A DNA stretch of 64,000 nucleotides, from assembly GCA_965204355.1 (NCBI GenBank), contig OZ241983.1:210985-274984 (forward strand), in the 5' to 3' direction. Below are positions 1 to 8,855 of this stretch, in pieces. The notes beneath the pieces are model-generated. The model did no database searches and was not told where the DNA came from. It saw nothing but the letters and a program-made list of their open reading frames with translations. Both the position numbers and the translations under genes were made by a program. The stretch comes from Candidatus Poribacteria bacterium. Lineage in GTDB: Bacteria; Poribacteria; WGA-4E; PCPOR2b. The first letter of the stretch is position 1. Each line of letters opens with the position of its first letter.

Positions 1-669
1 TCCAGCCACAAACCCAGCCGAGTGGGGACCGTGGACATATTTGCCACCGAAACAGACCAAGTCAGCCGATATGGCGGTATCCTTAAAGTAATCGATCGGG
101 AAGATCTGCGAAGCGGCGTCAGCGATGACATACACGTTATGTTTACGTGCTATTCTGACTGTATCTTCGAGCGAAACAACGGTGACATCCGGATCAGGAC
201 TGACAAAATGGATAACAGCTGCGGTCTGGGGACCGATTGTGGCTTCCAGTTGTTCTGGTGTGCACCCACTTTCGTCGCCGGCTATCACTAGCTTGCTTCC
301 CGGTATGGTGTAAGCCCGGTCGAATCCGTATCGCTGCTTCGCTTGGATGACGACCTCATCTTTCATACCGGTGGTATCTGGAAGCTGATCCATTTTTTCC
401 TGATCGTTGCCGGTCATACACGCGGCGGTGGACAATACCATAGCAGCGTAGCAGCCAGCCGTGACATAAGCAGCTTCTGCTCCTACCAGAGAAGCGATGT
501 GGCCACCAGATTTTTCGAGCAGTTCCTCCATGTCAACAAAATGCTGTTCCGCATCTTCCATTGCCTGCTTGACTATCGGAGTAGGGGTTGAGCCACCCAT
601 GGCGGTAGAGTTTCCCGCAGCGTTGATAATTGGAACCGCACCCAATCTTGAGTAAATATTTTCAGCCAT
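1..669 (-). CDS. SelA/DgaE-like PLP-dependent enzyme, N-terminal 223 codons (C-terminus beyond window edge)
   Basis: Minus-strand frame is open from ATG 669-667 (AAGGAG 6 nt upstream) to position 1 with no stop, so it is absent from the ORF track. My translation MAENIYSRLGAVPIINAAGNSTAMGGS...ADLVCFGGKYVHGPHSAGF fits the SelA-like fold-type I family, including a GGK PLP-lysine motif. Confidence 0.65.
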   Translation of the reverse strand, partial: MAENIYSRLGAVPIINAAGNSTAMGGSTPTPIVKQAMEDAEQHFVDMEELLEKSGGHIASLVGAEAAYVTAGCYAAMVLSTAACMTGNDQEKMDQLPDTTGMKDEVVIQAKQRYGFDRAYTIPGSKLVIAGDESGCTPEQLEATIGPQTAAVIHFVSPDPDVTVVSLEDTVRIARKHNVYVIADAASQIFPIDYFKDTAISADLVCFGGKYVHGPHSAGFVAG

Positions 670-768
670 TATAATCTCCTTAATTATGTATCGTGTTCCG
701 ATTCCGTAAAGCGTAAGGCTTCCTTAGCACAACGGCATCGGTATTGAGATAGGTTTACTCCAAAAGGG

Positions 769-1575
769 CTAGGCGGCAAGTAATTCACGCAGATACTTAG
801 CCGCTCGCCTGAAGGTTTCTTTATCATCGCATTCGTTGACATCTTTGCCTTCAAATGTGATGGACATGCAGCCATTAAAATTCGCTGCTTTCAAAATTTT
901 AACGATGCGTTCATAATCTAGCCACTCCTCACGTCCACTATCCACTTTATAAACTTTAGCGCGGACATACGATGCGTAGGGAGCGGTCTGTTCCATAAAT
1001 TCGTAGGTATCTATATCTGGATCGGGCACACCTTGGGTCCGCGAGGGAGATCCCACCCACTGACCGGTGTCGAGAATAAAGGTAAAGTTTTCGCGGTCTG
1101 TTTCGCGCAGAAGCTGTAGGACCCCGTCGCCGGTACAGGGATGGTTCTGCACCCCGACGATGATACCTTTTTCGGCGGCGGCATCACAAAGTTCTTGGAA
1201 ACACTCGACTTCGCGTGCTTGCCCTTCGTCGGTCTCCGGCGTGGGTCCACAGAATGATCTGACCATCGGCGCGCCCAAGAAAACAGCTGTATCCAGATCC
1301 GCTTTGCACCGATCCATTTTCTCCTGTAGTTCATCTTCTGTGCCTACAAAATGGCCGCCGGTCGCTAGGTAGCCGATGGGGAGTCCGGCTTTGAGGCACC
1401 TAATCTTGATAGCGCGCAGGTAATCGAGGTCTTGCGAACGAAAGCCTACATCGGCCCGAAAATCAACGACGTCTAGTTTCAACTCGTAGGCGAAATCGAT
1501 CACATCTTCAACATAGGGTAGTGTTTTTGGATCGTCCTTGCCAAAATAGGATCCATACATGCCGAGTTTAATCAT
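769..1575 (-). CDS. sugar phosphate isomerase/epimerase (xylose isomerase-like TIM barrel)
   Basis: 268-aa ORF with AAGGAG 5 nt before the ATG. Sequence pattern is typical of the AP-endonuclease-2/IolE-like TIM barrel family (VGVQNHP..., ILDTGQW...). Confidence 0.7.
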   Translation of the reverse strand: MIKLGMYGSYFGKDDPKTLPYVEDVIDFAYELKLDVVDFRADVGFRSQDLDYLRAIKIRCLKAGLPIGYLATGGHFVGTEDELQEKMDRCKADLDTAVFLGAPMVRSFCGPTPETDEGQAREVECFQELCDAAAEKGIIVGVQNHPCTGDGVLQLLRETDRENFTFILDTGQWVGSPSRTQGVPDPDIDTYEFMEQTAPYASYVRAKVYKVDSGREEWLDYERIVKILKAANFNGCMSITFEGKDVNECDDKETFRRAAKYLRELLAA

Positions 1576-1619
1576 AAAGACTCCTTAGCTGGAATGTGGA
1601 GAAGGATTGCGTCCCTGAA

Positions 1620-1988
1620 TTACTGCTCAACAGGTGCACTGATATTCAGGTATTCAATTTCATCTTCGCCATCATTGATGACACCGTGTTTTGTCCTGGG
1701 CGGTAGATGTACGGCATCGCCCGCTGTTACTGGGTATTCCTTACCATCAATCAACATTTTGCCACGTCCTTTAATAAAATAGTAGACCTGTTCTTTGTCT
1801 TGATGGTCGTGGTAATCCGTTGTGATACGCCCTTGAACGACGTGGCGTGTGAAATTGCTCAATCCTTGCAGACACGCTACTTCCGGTGGATCAGCGTTTT
1901 CGTTCTCTGCGCGAGTCAATATGGGCCAGATAATTTTGCTCTCGTGCCCGACATAGGGAATTGAGTCACGCCAGTTTCGTATTATCAT
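1620..1988 (-). CDS. cupin domain protein
   Basis: Cupin motifs are present (HDHQDKEQVYYFIKGRG ... GDAVHLPPRTKHGVIN). Start trimmed to ATG 1988 (AGGAGG 5 nt upstream) because the longer track ORF (to 2087) reads into a repeat element. Confidence 0.7.
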   Translation of the reverse strand: MIIRNWRDSIPYVGHESKIIWPILTRAENENADPPEVACLQGLSNFTRHVVQGRITTDYHDHQDKEQVYYFIKGRGKMLIDGKEYPVTAGDAVHLPPRTKHGVINDGEDEIEYLNISAPVEQ

Positions 1989-2085
1989 GATGACCTCCTG
2001 TGTGGTTAGTGAAGTTGTTGCTAGGGCGTGTTGACATTTTAATGTTACTAACTTGGCAAACCTTGTAATCATCGGATAATTTGCC

Positions 2086-2131
2086 AAATGTAGCGCAAAC
2101 TGTTAGTTTGCGGGTTAGGATCACAATCTAA
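2086..2131 (+). repeat. GTAG-hairpin repeat family 1 (GTAG-CGCAAACT-GTT-AGTTTGCG, followed by second hairpin CACAATCT-AAC-AGATTGTG)
   Basis: Same unit found at 2442-2505, 4783-4854 (inverted), 21941-21968 (inverted), 23427-23443 (partial) and 25049-25112. In this copy the second hairpin is split by the element at 2132-2247. Confidence 0.85.
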
Positions 2132-2247
2132 ATGAAGTTTAATTTATTAATTGGGTAATTTCCGAGCGATGTCCAGTGCGGTTGGAAACCGCACCTACCG
2201 GGCCTGGGGGAAATATAGAATTACCGAATTATTTTCTGAAATCTCAT
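2132..2247 (+). mobile_element. MITE-like element, family B (about 116 bp, imperfect ~30-bp terminal inverted repeats ATGAAGTTTAATTTATTAATTGGGTAATT / AGAATTACCGAATTATTTTCTGAAATCTCAT, internal GTGCGGTT-GGA-AACCGCAC hairpin)
   Basis: Second full copy at 23444-23580 carries a 21-bp internal insertion. Partial copies at 4888-4969 and 8626-8706 (inverted). No coding capacity. Confidence 0.8.
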
Positions 2248-2441
2248 ACAGATTGTGGTGCAAAAGACGACTTTCCGATGAAAAACTTTGTTGGGTTTCA
2301 CTCTATCTGTCTATAAGCTGTCTATAAGCAGGTGTTGTTGAACGATCGAACGTCCCTTGGATTTGATAAGAATTCCCATTTAGCCGTTCAACCCAACCTA
2401 CGGACTGGCAGATGTCAACAGAACCTAGTACATTGTTAGAT

Positions 2442-2505
2442 AAATGTAGCGCAAACTGTTAGTTTGCGGACTCGGATCACAATCTAACAGATTGTGGTAC
2501 AAAAG
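2442..2505 (+). repeat. GTAG-hairpin repeat family 1, intact double-hairpin copy
   Basis: AAATGTAGCGCAAACTGTTAGTTTGCGGACTCGGATCACAATCTAACAGATTGTGGTACAAAAG, near-identical to 25049-25112. Confidence 0.85.
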
Positions 2506-2657
2506 CCTCCTTTAGACACTTTCCCCACAAAGCGGCTTGGCTATGGCTATCCAAGTCTTGGACTCTCGGCAAAGTCGGAGCCGAGCGGTGAGTGCCTTAT
2601 CATGATTTATTTGACAGAGCACTAGTTATGTATAGTAACGTTGCGGATATCTCGTCC

Positions 2658-3539
2658 TTATTCCCGCACGGAATGGGCGATTGGATTGTCGCCGATCCAA
2701 CGCTCATCTACCGGCTCCGATGCCAATTGGTAGCGTGTGTCTGAAGATAGCCGAATCCGATCCGAGTGGTTATCGAGCGAGCAGTGCATCGTATACATGC
2801 TGAACACTAGCAGATCTCCGGCGCGGAAATCTGTTGTGAGCCAACGACCTCCAAGTTCGTTCTGAATCGCTGCGGGATCTTTGCCGTAACTTCCTCCCGT
2901 TTTTTTCCAGTTACCTTTCTTATCTACGTCCATCTGTCCATAGGTTGATTTGAGCTGTTCCAGACGGTGGGAGTTTTCAAGCACCATCAGGGAGGCATCG
3001 CTCAAGGGAGCATCGCCTAAGGGCGTCCATGAGGTGTATAGATTTGTGGTGCCTCGTCCCATGTACACGATGTCGTAGTGCGGTGCACTGGATCTGCCGG
3101 GTCCCATCACGCGCATCCAGATGAAATCGAACGATCTGACCTCGCCGCCGAGGAATGCGGTGTAGAAGTCGATCATCCGACCAGAATGCACCAACTTCCG
3201 CACAGCGGGTAATTTCCCCAACGCTGCACGACTGCCGATCGCAGAGCGAAATCTTTCTTGGTCACTCTTTGCTGCCTGCGCTTCCATAAGGGGATAGTCT
3301 TCGTCGAGCATCTCATGCGCTGCTAACACCTCAAGCACGGATCGACGAGCGTCCATGACCCACTCCAGATTTAGGTAGTCGCGGAGTAGGAGATAACCGT
3401 CCTCTGCCATCCGTTCCCTCAAGGCGGGCATATCATCAAGGAGATCATTCGATTCGCGCATCTCACCGAATGCGTCCGGCGACGTGTTTAGCGGTATGCC
3501 GTTTGAGGTCAGTTGTTTCACTATTTTTACCCTTCCCAT
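2658..3539 (-). CDS. phytanoyl-CoA dioxygenase (PhyH) family Fe(II)/2-oxoglutarate dioxygenase
   Basis: 293-aa ORF with an H-x-D iron motif (APHYDIVY) and a distal His (MHCSLDNHS). Overall PhyH/ectoine-hydroxylase-like pattern. Confidence 0.7.
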   Translation of the reverse strand: MGRVKIVKQLTSNGIPLNTSPDAFGEMRESNDLLDDMPALRERMAEDGYLLLRDYLNLEWVMDARRSVLEVLAAHEMLDEDYPLMEAQAAKSDQERFRSAIGSRAALGKLPAVRKLVHSGRMIDFYTAFLGGEVRSFDFIWMRVMGPGRSSAPHYDIVYMGRGTTNLYTSWTPLGDAPLSDASLMVLENSHRLEQLKSTYGQMDVDKKGNWKKTGGSYGKDPAAIQNELGGRWLTTDFRAGDLLVFSMYTMHCSLDNHSDRIRLSSDTRYQLASEPVDERWIGDNPIAHSVRE

Positions 3540-3586
3540 CCCGATGTCCTGATTCGAACCTTACTATGGTGAATTTTAAAAATAAA

Positions 3587-3700
3587 GGCTCATGTAAAAA
3601 CAGAGTGCAGTTACGGTGAAAGCGTTAAGGGCGGGGCAAGATGCCCCGCCTACAGTTTTTGAGGCAAGTCGGTGCTGTTGCACTAATTCTTAACATGAGC
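3587..3700 (+). mobile_element. MITE-like element, family D (about 114 bp, TIR GGCTCATGT...ACATGAGC, central hairpin GCGGGGCA-AGA-TGCCCCGC + CTAC)
   Basis: Near-identical inverted copy at 14160-14273. The core hairpin occurs alone at 6049-6071. Confidence 0.85.
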
Positions 3701-3827
3701 GAAAACAGATAAACACTTTCACCCCCGGTAGGGGCCGTAGGGTGAGTTGAAACGGCGCAGTTGGAAACAGCGACTACCAAATCCCGATTTATCGGGATCC
3801 CGTGACTACGGGACGAGGAGACCGGTA

Positions 3828-3950
3828 GGTGCGGTTAGAAAACGCACCGCATAGGCGCGTCCCGACAGGTCGGGAGAAACAGCGCCTACCAAACACGAGG
3901 GCAATGCGGTTCGGTTTGGCGTGTCTCATTAATTCTAATATCCACTATAA
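3828..3950 (+). repeat. composite repeat: GTGCGGTTAGAAAACGCAC hairpin + conserved tail GGTTCGGTTTGG.GTGTCTCATTAATTCTAA.ATC.ACTATAA
   Basis: Copies at 7368-7452 and 55656-55734. This copy carries an extra inserted hairpin module (GCATAGGCGCGTCCCGACAGGTCGGGAGAAACAGCGCCTACC). Confidence 0.8.
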
Positions 3951-3959
3951 TTCATGCGA

Positions 3960-4727
3960 TCAAACCGCGGTCCAGCCGCCATCGACAAGATGTGTGTGTC
4001 CGGTGACCATGCCAGCTATGTCGCTTGCGAGGTAGATAACCGCCGCTGCGATTTCTTCCGGTTCTGCGATCCGCCCCATCAAGACATTTTCGGTTACCAT
4101 TTTGTGAAACGCAGGGTTTTTCAGTGCCCCTTCTGAAAGGGGTGTGCGGGTGACGGTTGGTGCGACCGAGTTGACCGTGATGCCGTGCGGTGCCCACTCT
4201 GCGGCTAACGATTTGGTGAGCAGACAAACGGCACCTTTAGCACCGCTGTAGGGTGCTCGAAGTGGTCCACCGACAACACCGACTTGCGAACTGATGTTGA
4301 TGATGCGCCCCCGAATATCGTTCTCAATCATCGACTTCGCCGTCATCTGGCTCATGAAGAACGTGCCCTTAAAGTTCACATCTACGATGTAATCGAAATC
4401 TTCTTCGGTGCAATCGAGCGCGGGCTGGACTTTGTTGACCCCGGCATTGTTGACTAGCACATCAATTCTACCAAAGGCGTCAAGTGTCTTCTGTATGAAC
4501 CCCTCAATGCTTGAAACGTCCGCAACGTCTAGATGCCACGCCTCTGCACGTTTGCCCGTTTTGCGAACTTCCTCCGCTACCTGTTCAACCTCACTTACGG
4601 TGCGGCTCCCTGCAACGATGTCGGCTCCAGCGTCCGCACAAGCGAGCGCAATCTCTTTGCCGATGCCTTTCCCCGCACCGGTTACGAGAACGACCTTGTC
4701 GGTCAATGAAAAATCGATTGATGCCAT
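3960..4727 (-). CDS. SDR family oxidoreductase (FabG-like)
   Basis: TGAGKGIG cofactor motif, NNAG, and catalytic S...YSGAK (Y-x3-K). Confidence 0.85.
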   Translation of the reverse strand: MASIDFSLTDKVVLVTGAGKGIGKEIALACADAGADIVAGSRTVSEVEQVAEEVRKTGKRAEAWHLDVADVSSIEGFIQKTLDAFGRIDVLVNNAGVNKVQPALDCTEEDFDYIVDVNFKGTFFMSQMTAKSMIENDIRGRIINISSQVGVVGGPLRAPYSGAKGAVCLLTKSLAAEWAPHGITVNSVAPTVTRTPLSEGALKNPAFHKMVTENVLMGRIAEPEEIAAAVIYLASDIAGMVTGHTHLVDGGWTAV

Positions 4728-4782
4728 CTATTCACTTCCTTCTATGATGAATTCTAAAGATAAATAGAGGTTAGAAGATAGT

Positions 4783-4854
4783 CTTTTGTAACACGATCTG
4801 TTAGATTGTGATCCGAGGACGCAAACTAACAGTTTGCGCTACAGTGTCTAGTAC
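4783..4854 (-). repeat. GTAG-hairpin repeat family 1, inverted copy
   Basis: Reverse complement of the 2442-2505 unit. Confidence 0.8.
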
Positions 4855-5069
4855 TCTGTCAAATAAATTATGATAATCACCTTCATTGCGATGTCCGGTG
4901 CGGTTGGAAACCGCACCTACCGGGCCTGGGGGAAATATAGAATTACCGAATTATTTTCTGAAACTTCATACAGTTTGCGCTACAGTGTCTAGTTAATTCT
5001 GAGATCTACTATAAGTTACGCAATTTATCGTGAATTCCCGGTATATAAGAAGATTGTGCGGGAATTCCG

Positions 5070-5912
5070 TTAAGTCCTTAGTGCGCCTTCAAGATAGCGG
5101 CGGAACGCGTCAGTGTCATAAATCAGGGGTCTCTGAATTTCCATTGACGGTAGCCGATAAGGGGGCGAATCCTTTGTAATATAACGCGCTGCTATTGGTG
5201 GTCCACCATCCGCTTCGTCGGGTTCATCAACCCCGACGAGATCTGCGTATCTCGTTGTCTTGCCATCAACCTGATATTCTGTCCCCACAATCCAGAGCCT
5301 GCCAAACCGGTATCTTTTTGAGACTTCGCGCTCTGCGATACTGCTCCAACTTGTGCCTGTAAAAGCGAAGTCTTTTGGCGTAATTCCGAGATGTTTTTTC
5401 AATGTTTCGTCACACCGCTCCAACTCCGCCCGCAATTTTTCGCCGGACGCATCCTCGCGGGAAAGTTCAGACAGATTCGGATGCGTCACCGTATGTGCGC
5501 CGATGTGCCAACCGTTTTCTATGAGTTGTCCTACTTCGTCCCAAGTCATAATCTCACGGCGGGAATCCGGCGGCATAGGCTTGGCGTAAAGTTCATCTAC
5601 CGGTCCGGTATTGATAAACAGATTTCCGGCATATCCGTATTTGCTCAGAACATCGTGTATCTCATAACGCATCGACTTCACGGGGTGATCAAAGTCGAAC
5701 ATGATCGGTCGATGCGGCAACTTTTCTCCTTCTTGAAACCATTGAGAAAGCTGATCGTAGTTGATGGACTCAAAGTTCAGTTCGGCGGCAATTTTCATCA
5801 GTCTGTCGAGATGGTCCGCGGTCAATGGATAGTCGCCGTCATGCCTGATACCGTGGCACATGGTGATTGGGATGCGGACCATAGGAGATTTTCCTTTGAG
5901 CAAGTGCCTCAT
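5070..5912 (-). CDS. polysaccharide deacetylase (NodB homology) family protein
   Basis: NodB-type motifs FDFDHP and HTVTHP. The track ORF extends to 6125, but that part reads through a repeat hairpin and overlaps the upstream gene. Likely start is ATG 5912, or alternatively 5882. Confidence 0.6.
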   Translation of the reverse strand: MRHLLKGKSPMVRIPITMCHGIRHDGDYPLTADHLDRLMKIAAELNFESINYDQLSQWFQEGEKLPHRPIMFDFDHPVKSMRYEIHDVLSKYGYAGNLFINTGPVDELYAKPMPPDSRREIMTWDEVGQLIENGWHIGAHTVTHPNLSELSREDASGEKLRAELERCDETLKKHLGITPKDFAFTGTSWSSIAEREVSKRYRFGRLWIVGTEYQVDGKTTRYADLVGVDEPDEADGGPPIAARYITKDSPPYRLPSMEIQRPLIYDTDAFRRYLEGALRT

Positions 5913-6091
5913 GTTAAGAAATGGTGCAACAGAAACCGAGTTTTGAAGAAAAAACTCGGTTTCTCTTCGCGTTCCGTGCACAATCGCCTGTGGTAACGCG
6001 CAATGAATCCCCGATAAATCGGGATTAAGAAATGCGCTACTACAAACTGCGGGGCAAGATGCCCCGCCTACGGTTGGCTGCGTAAGTCCTG

Positions 6092-6964
6092 TTATGATGT
6101 CTGGGGCCAACGGTAGCGTGGCCATTCGGGGTATTTGTTCGCCTTCTGCTCGACGCGCTCAACTTCGGCAATCCATGCCTCGCAGTTGGGTGTTTCCAAT
6201 TCGGGATTTGAGCGACTCTGGGCGACAAAACCGGGGACATACCAACGTCCCGTGGGTTTCCCAAGCGCTTGGTAGCGCAGGTCCATACTCCAACGGATGG
6301 TATCTGTGTTATTAACCTGCGAACCGTGCGGGGTCATACTGGTGAACATCACCATGCTGCCTGCCTTTGTAGGAACTGGCTGCCGCTCTTCCTCTGAAAC
6401 CTCTTCAGGAGAGATATTTAGCCCATCTTCGCCCCAGAAATGGCGTAAAACCCCTTCCTTATGTCGACGTGGGGCAACCCATAGACACCCGTTTTCAGGT
6501 GTGGTATCGACGAGTGGTATCAGGCACGCCAGAATCAGCGTTTCGTCGCCATCGGGCAGGTAAAATCCTGCATCTTGGTGCGGGGTAGTATACCCTCCCG
6601 GTAGGCGTGGGTGGATATTATAGGATGGGTGGCACAGGATATCGGGACCCACGAGCGACTCAACCCGGTCAAGAATTTTGGGATGTTTCAAAAACTGAAA
6701 GAATGCCTCGTCTTTATGGGCACGGGTTTGTAGTGCTGAGGTCGCTTCGGGCACTTCGGCAGCAATCTTTGCCAGACGCCGCTCAAAGGACTCATTTTTG
6801 TACAAATCACTCAAGCGCCCGGCTTGATATAGCTGCTGTGCCTGCCCCTCGACAACGGTGCTGAACTCGTCTATCACTGGACGCAGATCGTCGTCGGTGA
6901 ACAGGTTCTCGATGATCAGGTAGCCTTCTTCTTTGAATGTCGCAATCTGTGAATCGTTAAGCAT
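6092..6964 (-). CDS. PhyH family Fe(II)/2-oxoglutarate dioxygenase
   Basis: 290-aa ORF with H-x-D (TPHQDAGF) and a distal His (MTPHGS). N-terminus LNDSQIATFKEEGYLIIENL is typical of PhyH. Confidence 0.75.
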   Translation of the reverse strand: MLNDSQIATFKEEGYLIIENLFTDDDLRPVIDEFSTVVEGQAQQLYQAGRLSDLYKNESFERRLAKIAAEVPEATSALQTRAHKDEAFFQFLKHPKILDRVESLVGPDILCHPSYNIHPRLPGGYTTPHQDAGFYLPDGDETLILACLIPLVDTTPENGCLWVAPRRHKEGVLRHFWGEDGLNISPEEVSEEERQPVPTKAGSMVMFTSMTPHGSQVNNTDTIRWSMDLRYQALGKPTGRWYVPGFVAQSRSNPELETPNCEAWIAEVERVEQKANKYPEWPRYRWPQTS

Positions 6965-7367
6965 GTTGCAAATCGTTCCTCACTCATTTGGCGGCTGAAA
7001 AAAACTTTGGCAATTGAGCAGACATTATAGCACGATTCGAAAAAAAAGGGGAAAAAATTCAGACCAGTTCAACAAACGGCTTGCGATCCATCTTTCAAAG
7101 GTGTAAGATAGTACATAGTCACGCACAAAGTGTATGAATTGGAAAGAGCGGAAGCGTTGCTCATTAGTGTTCCTGTAGGAGGGATCTCCGAATCCCGACT
7201 TCCTACCCAGACGGGGAAAATACCGAAAACTATGGTAAACCCTAAAAATAAATGTATGGTAGGCGCTGTTTCTCCCGACAGGTTCCGATAGATCGGAATG
7301 CTCCCCGATACATCGGGGCAGGTCCCGACTTGTCGGGATTCTCGGAACGGGAACGGCATCGGGATGC

Positions 7368-7452
7368 GGTGCGGTTAGAAAACGCACCTACCGGTCCTGG
7401 GGGTAATATGGTTCGGTTTGGAGTGTCTCATTAATTCTAAGATCTACTATAA
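7368..7452 (+). repeat. composite repeat (hairpin GTGCGGTTAGAAAACGCAC + CTAC + conserved tail)
   Basis: Matches 55656-55734 and 3828-3950. Lies 40 nt upstream of the 7492 start codon. Confidence 0.8.
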
Positions 7453-7491
7453 ATAGTCCTACGTTGCTTATCAGCACAGAAAGGAGTCAGT

Positions 7492-8202
7492 ATGGCAAAC
7501 GTATTGGCGAATATAGGGGGCGGTGCAGAGCTTTTAGAACACGGCATCCGATATGTTCAAGTTGGTGCCCCTGAACCTGACAAGGTCGAAGAACTTCAGG
7601 CAGACCTCAAATCGAAGGGGCTGCAAGCCATTGGATTGACCGCGTTATATCTCGAAGAGGATACCGTTGCCACTGAGGCGGCGAGCGAGGCGTGGGTAAA
7701 CGCGTTTGATGCGGCGGTCAAAATGGGGGTGGATCTCGCACTCAGCAGCATCAAAGCTGATGAGGATATGAGACCAAAGGTCTGCGACTGGTTGAAAACG
7801 ATGGGCGATGCGGCGGCGCAACGTGGCATCACCGTCGCGCTCGAAACGCACCCGTCACTCGTTCATAATGCCGAAGTTGCGTTGAAGACGATGGAGGCGA
7901 CCGACCACCCGAATATCAGAATCAACTTCGACACAGGAAACATTAGTTTTTATACGGATGGGACGGATGCGGTCACGGAGTTAAAACAGATTGCGCAGTA
8001 TGTTGTGAGCGCCCATTTGAAGGACCATAGCGGTAATTTTGACGAATGGGATTTCCCCACACTCGGCACAGGGTCAGTGGATTTCGCTGGTGTCAAGGGG
8101 GTTCTTGAAGACGTGGGTTTTCAGGGACCGTGGATTATGCAGGTGCCTGGGGATATGAAACAGGCTGTCGCACACCTCCGCAGTCTGGGATTCGGTGAGT
8201 GA
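7492..8202 (+). CDS. sugar phosphate isomerase/epimerase (xylose isomerase-like TIM barrel)
   Basis: 236-aa ORF with AAGGAG upstream. Motifs VALETHP, NFDTGN and HLKDH are typical of the family. Confidence 0.7.
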   Translation: MANVLANIGGGAELLEHGIRYVQVGAPEPDKVEELQADLKSKGLQAIGLTALYLEEDTVATEAASEAWVNAFDAAVKMGVDLALSSIKADEDMRPKVCDWLKTMGDAAAQRGITVALETHPSLVHNAEVALKTMEATDHPNIRINFDTGNISFYTDGTDAVTELKQIAQYVVSAHLKDHSGNFDEWDFPTLGTGSVDFAGVKGVLEDVGFQGPWIMQVPGDMKQAVAHLRSLGFGE

Positions 8203-8426
8203 AGCGTGAAACGTGATTCGTCCACGAATCTGCACCAATCGTGCAGCCCGTGATCGCGCCTCCATTTATCTTAACGCAAGTTGCTAGGTAGCCGTAGTCA
8301 AGTTAGTCGCGATTCGGAGGGTACGCCCCCTACCGTCCATTTTTTGTAGGAGGGAATTCCAATTCCCGATTATTGCACCGGTTTCTGGTGCTTAGTTTAT
8401 CGACTAGCAACTTGGGTTATCTTAAC

Positions 8427-8597
8427 TATGGTGAATTCTATAATTACTTATACACTTTCAATACACAACCAACCCCCTAAATCCCCAACCCCCCTAGCCC
8501 CCCTTGTCAGGGGGGAAACCATTGTCAGGGGGACTTCATGAGGCTTCGATAAAGGACACTATTGGTGAACGTCTACATATTTATATTGTTCACCATA
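8427..8597 (+). mobile_element. MITE-like element, family C (TIR TATGGTGAA...TTCACCATA; internal CCCCCTAAATCCCC / CTTGTCAGGGGGAC motifs)
   Basis: Second full copy at 51751-51906. Internal CCCTAAATCCC..TTGTCAGGGGGAC modules also occur at 16905-17055, 19565-19705, 21885-21935 and 29400-29455. Confidence 0.8.
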
Positions 8598-8855
8598 ATT
8601 GGACACTCTGTACCGGCGAGGTTTCCTAACCGTACCGCATAGGTGCGGTTGGAAACCGCACCGGACATCGCTTGAAGATTACCCAATTAAATAAATTAAT
8701 CTTCATCTGGAGCGCAGGGATTAACCTCATCGCTATTCTATAGACATATCGCTTCTCCCCGATAAATCGGGATTCAAAACTGGAGCGAAAGATAGAATCC
8801 CTCAATCTTAACGGCATACCGATGGATGTTCAACACTAGCAACTTGCGTTCCTTT

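Noticed and set aside
2020-2085. TTGACA / TGGCAA motifs inside the CTAGGGCGTGTTGACATTTTAATGTT..TTGGCAAAC repeat (also 21975-22035 inverted and 36940-36965) as sigma-70 or sigma-54 promoters
   Set aside because: No acceptable -10 element lies at the proper spacing after TTGACA, and the TGGCAA is not followed by the -12 GC element. This is only a repeat-borne resemblance.
1989-2087. N-terminal extensions of track ORFs into repeats (1620-2087, 5070-6125, 23731-24708, 24615-25019, 63601-63954)
   Set aside because: Each extension reads through a dispersed repeat or overlaps the neighbouring gene, and a downstream ATG with a good Shine-Dalgarno sequence exists. The shorter starts were adopted.
7025-7434. 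Track ORFs 7025-7387, 7069-7359 and 7252-7434 in the spacer before the TIM-barrel gene
   Set aside because: The region is made of recognisable repeat modules (CCCGAT..ATCGGG hairpins, GTAGG modules, composite repeat 7368-7452). The ORFs overlap each other in different frames and have no RBS or start context.
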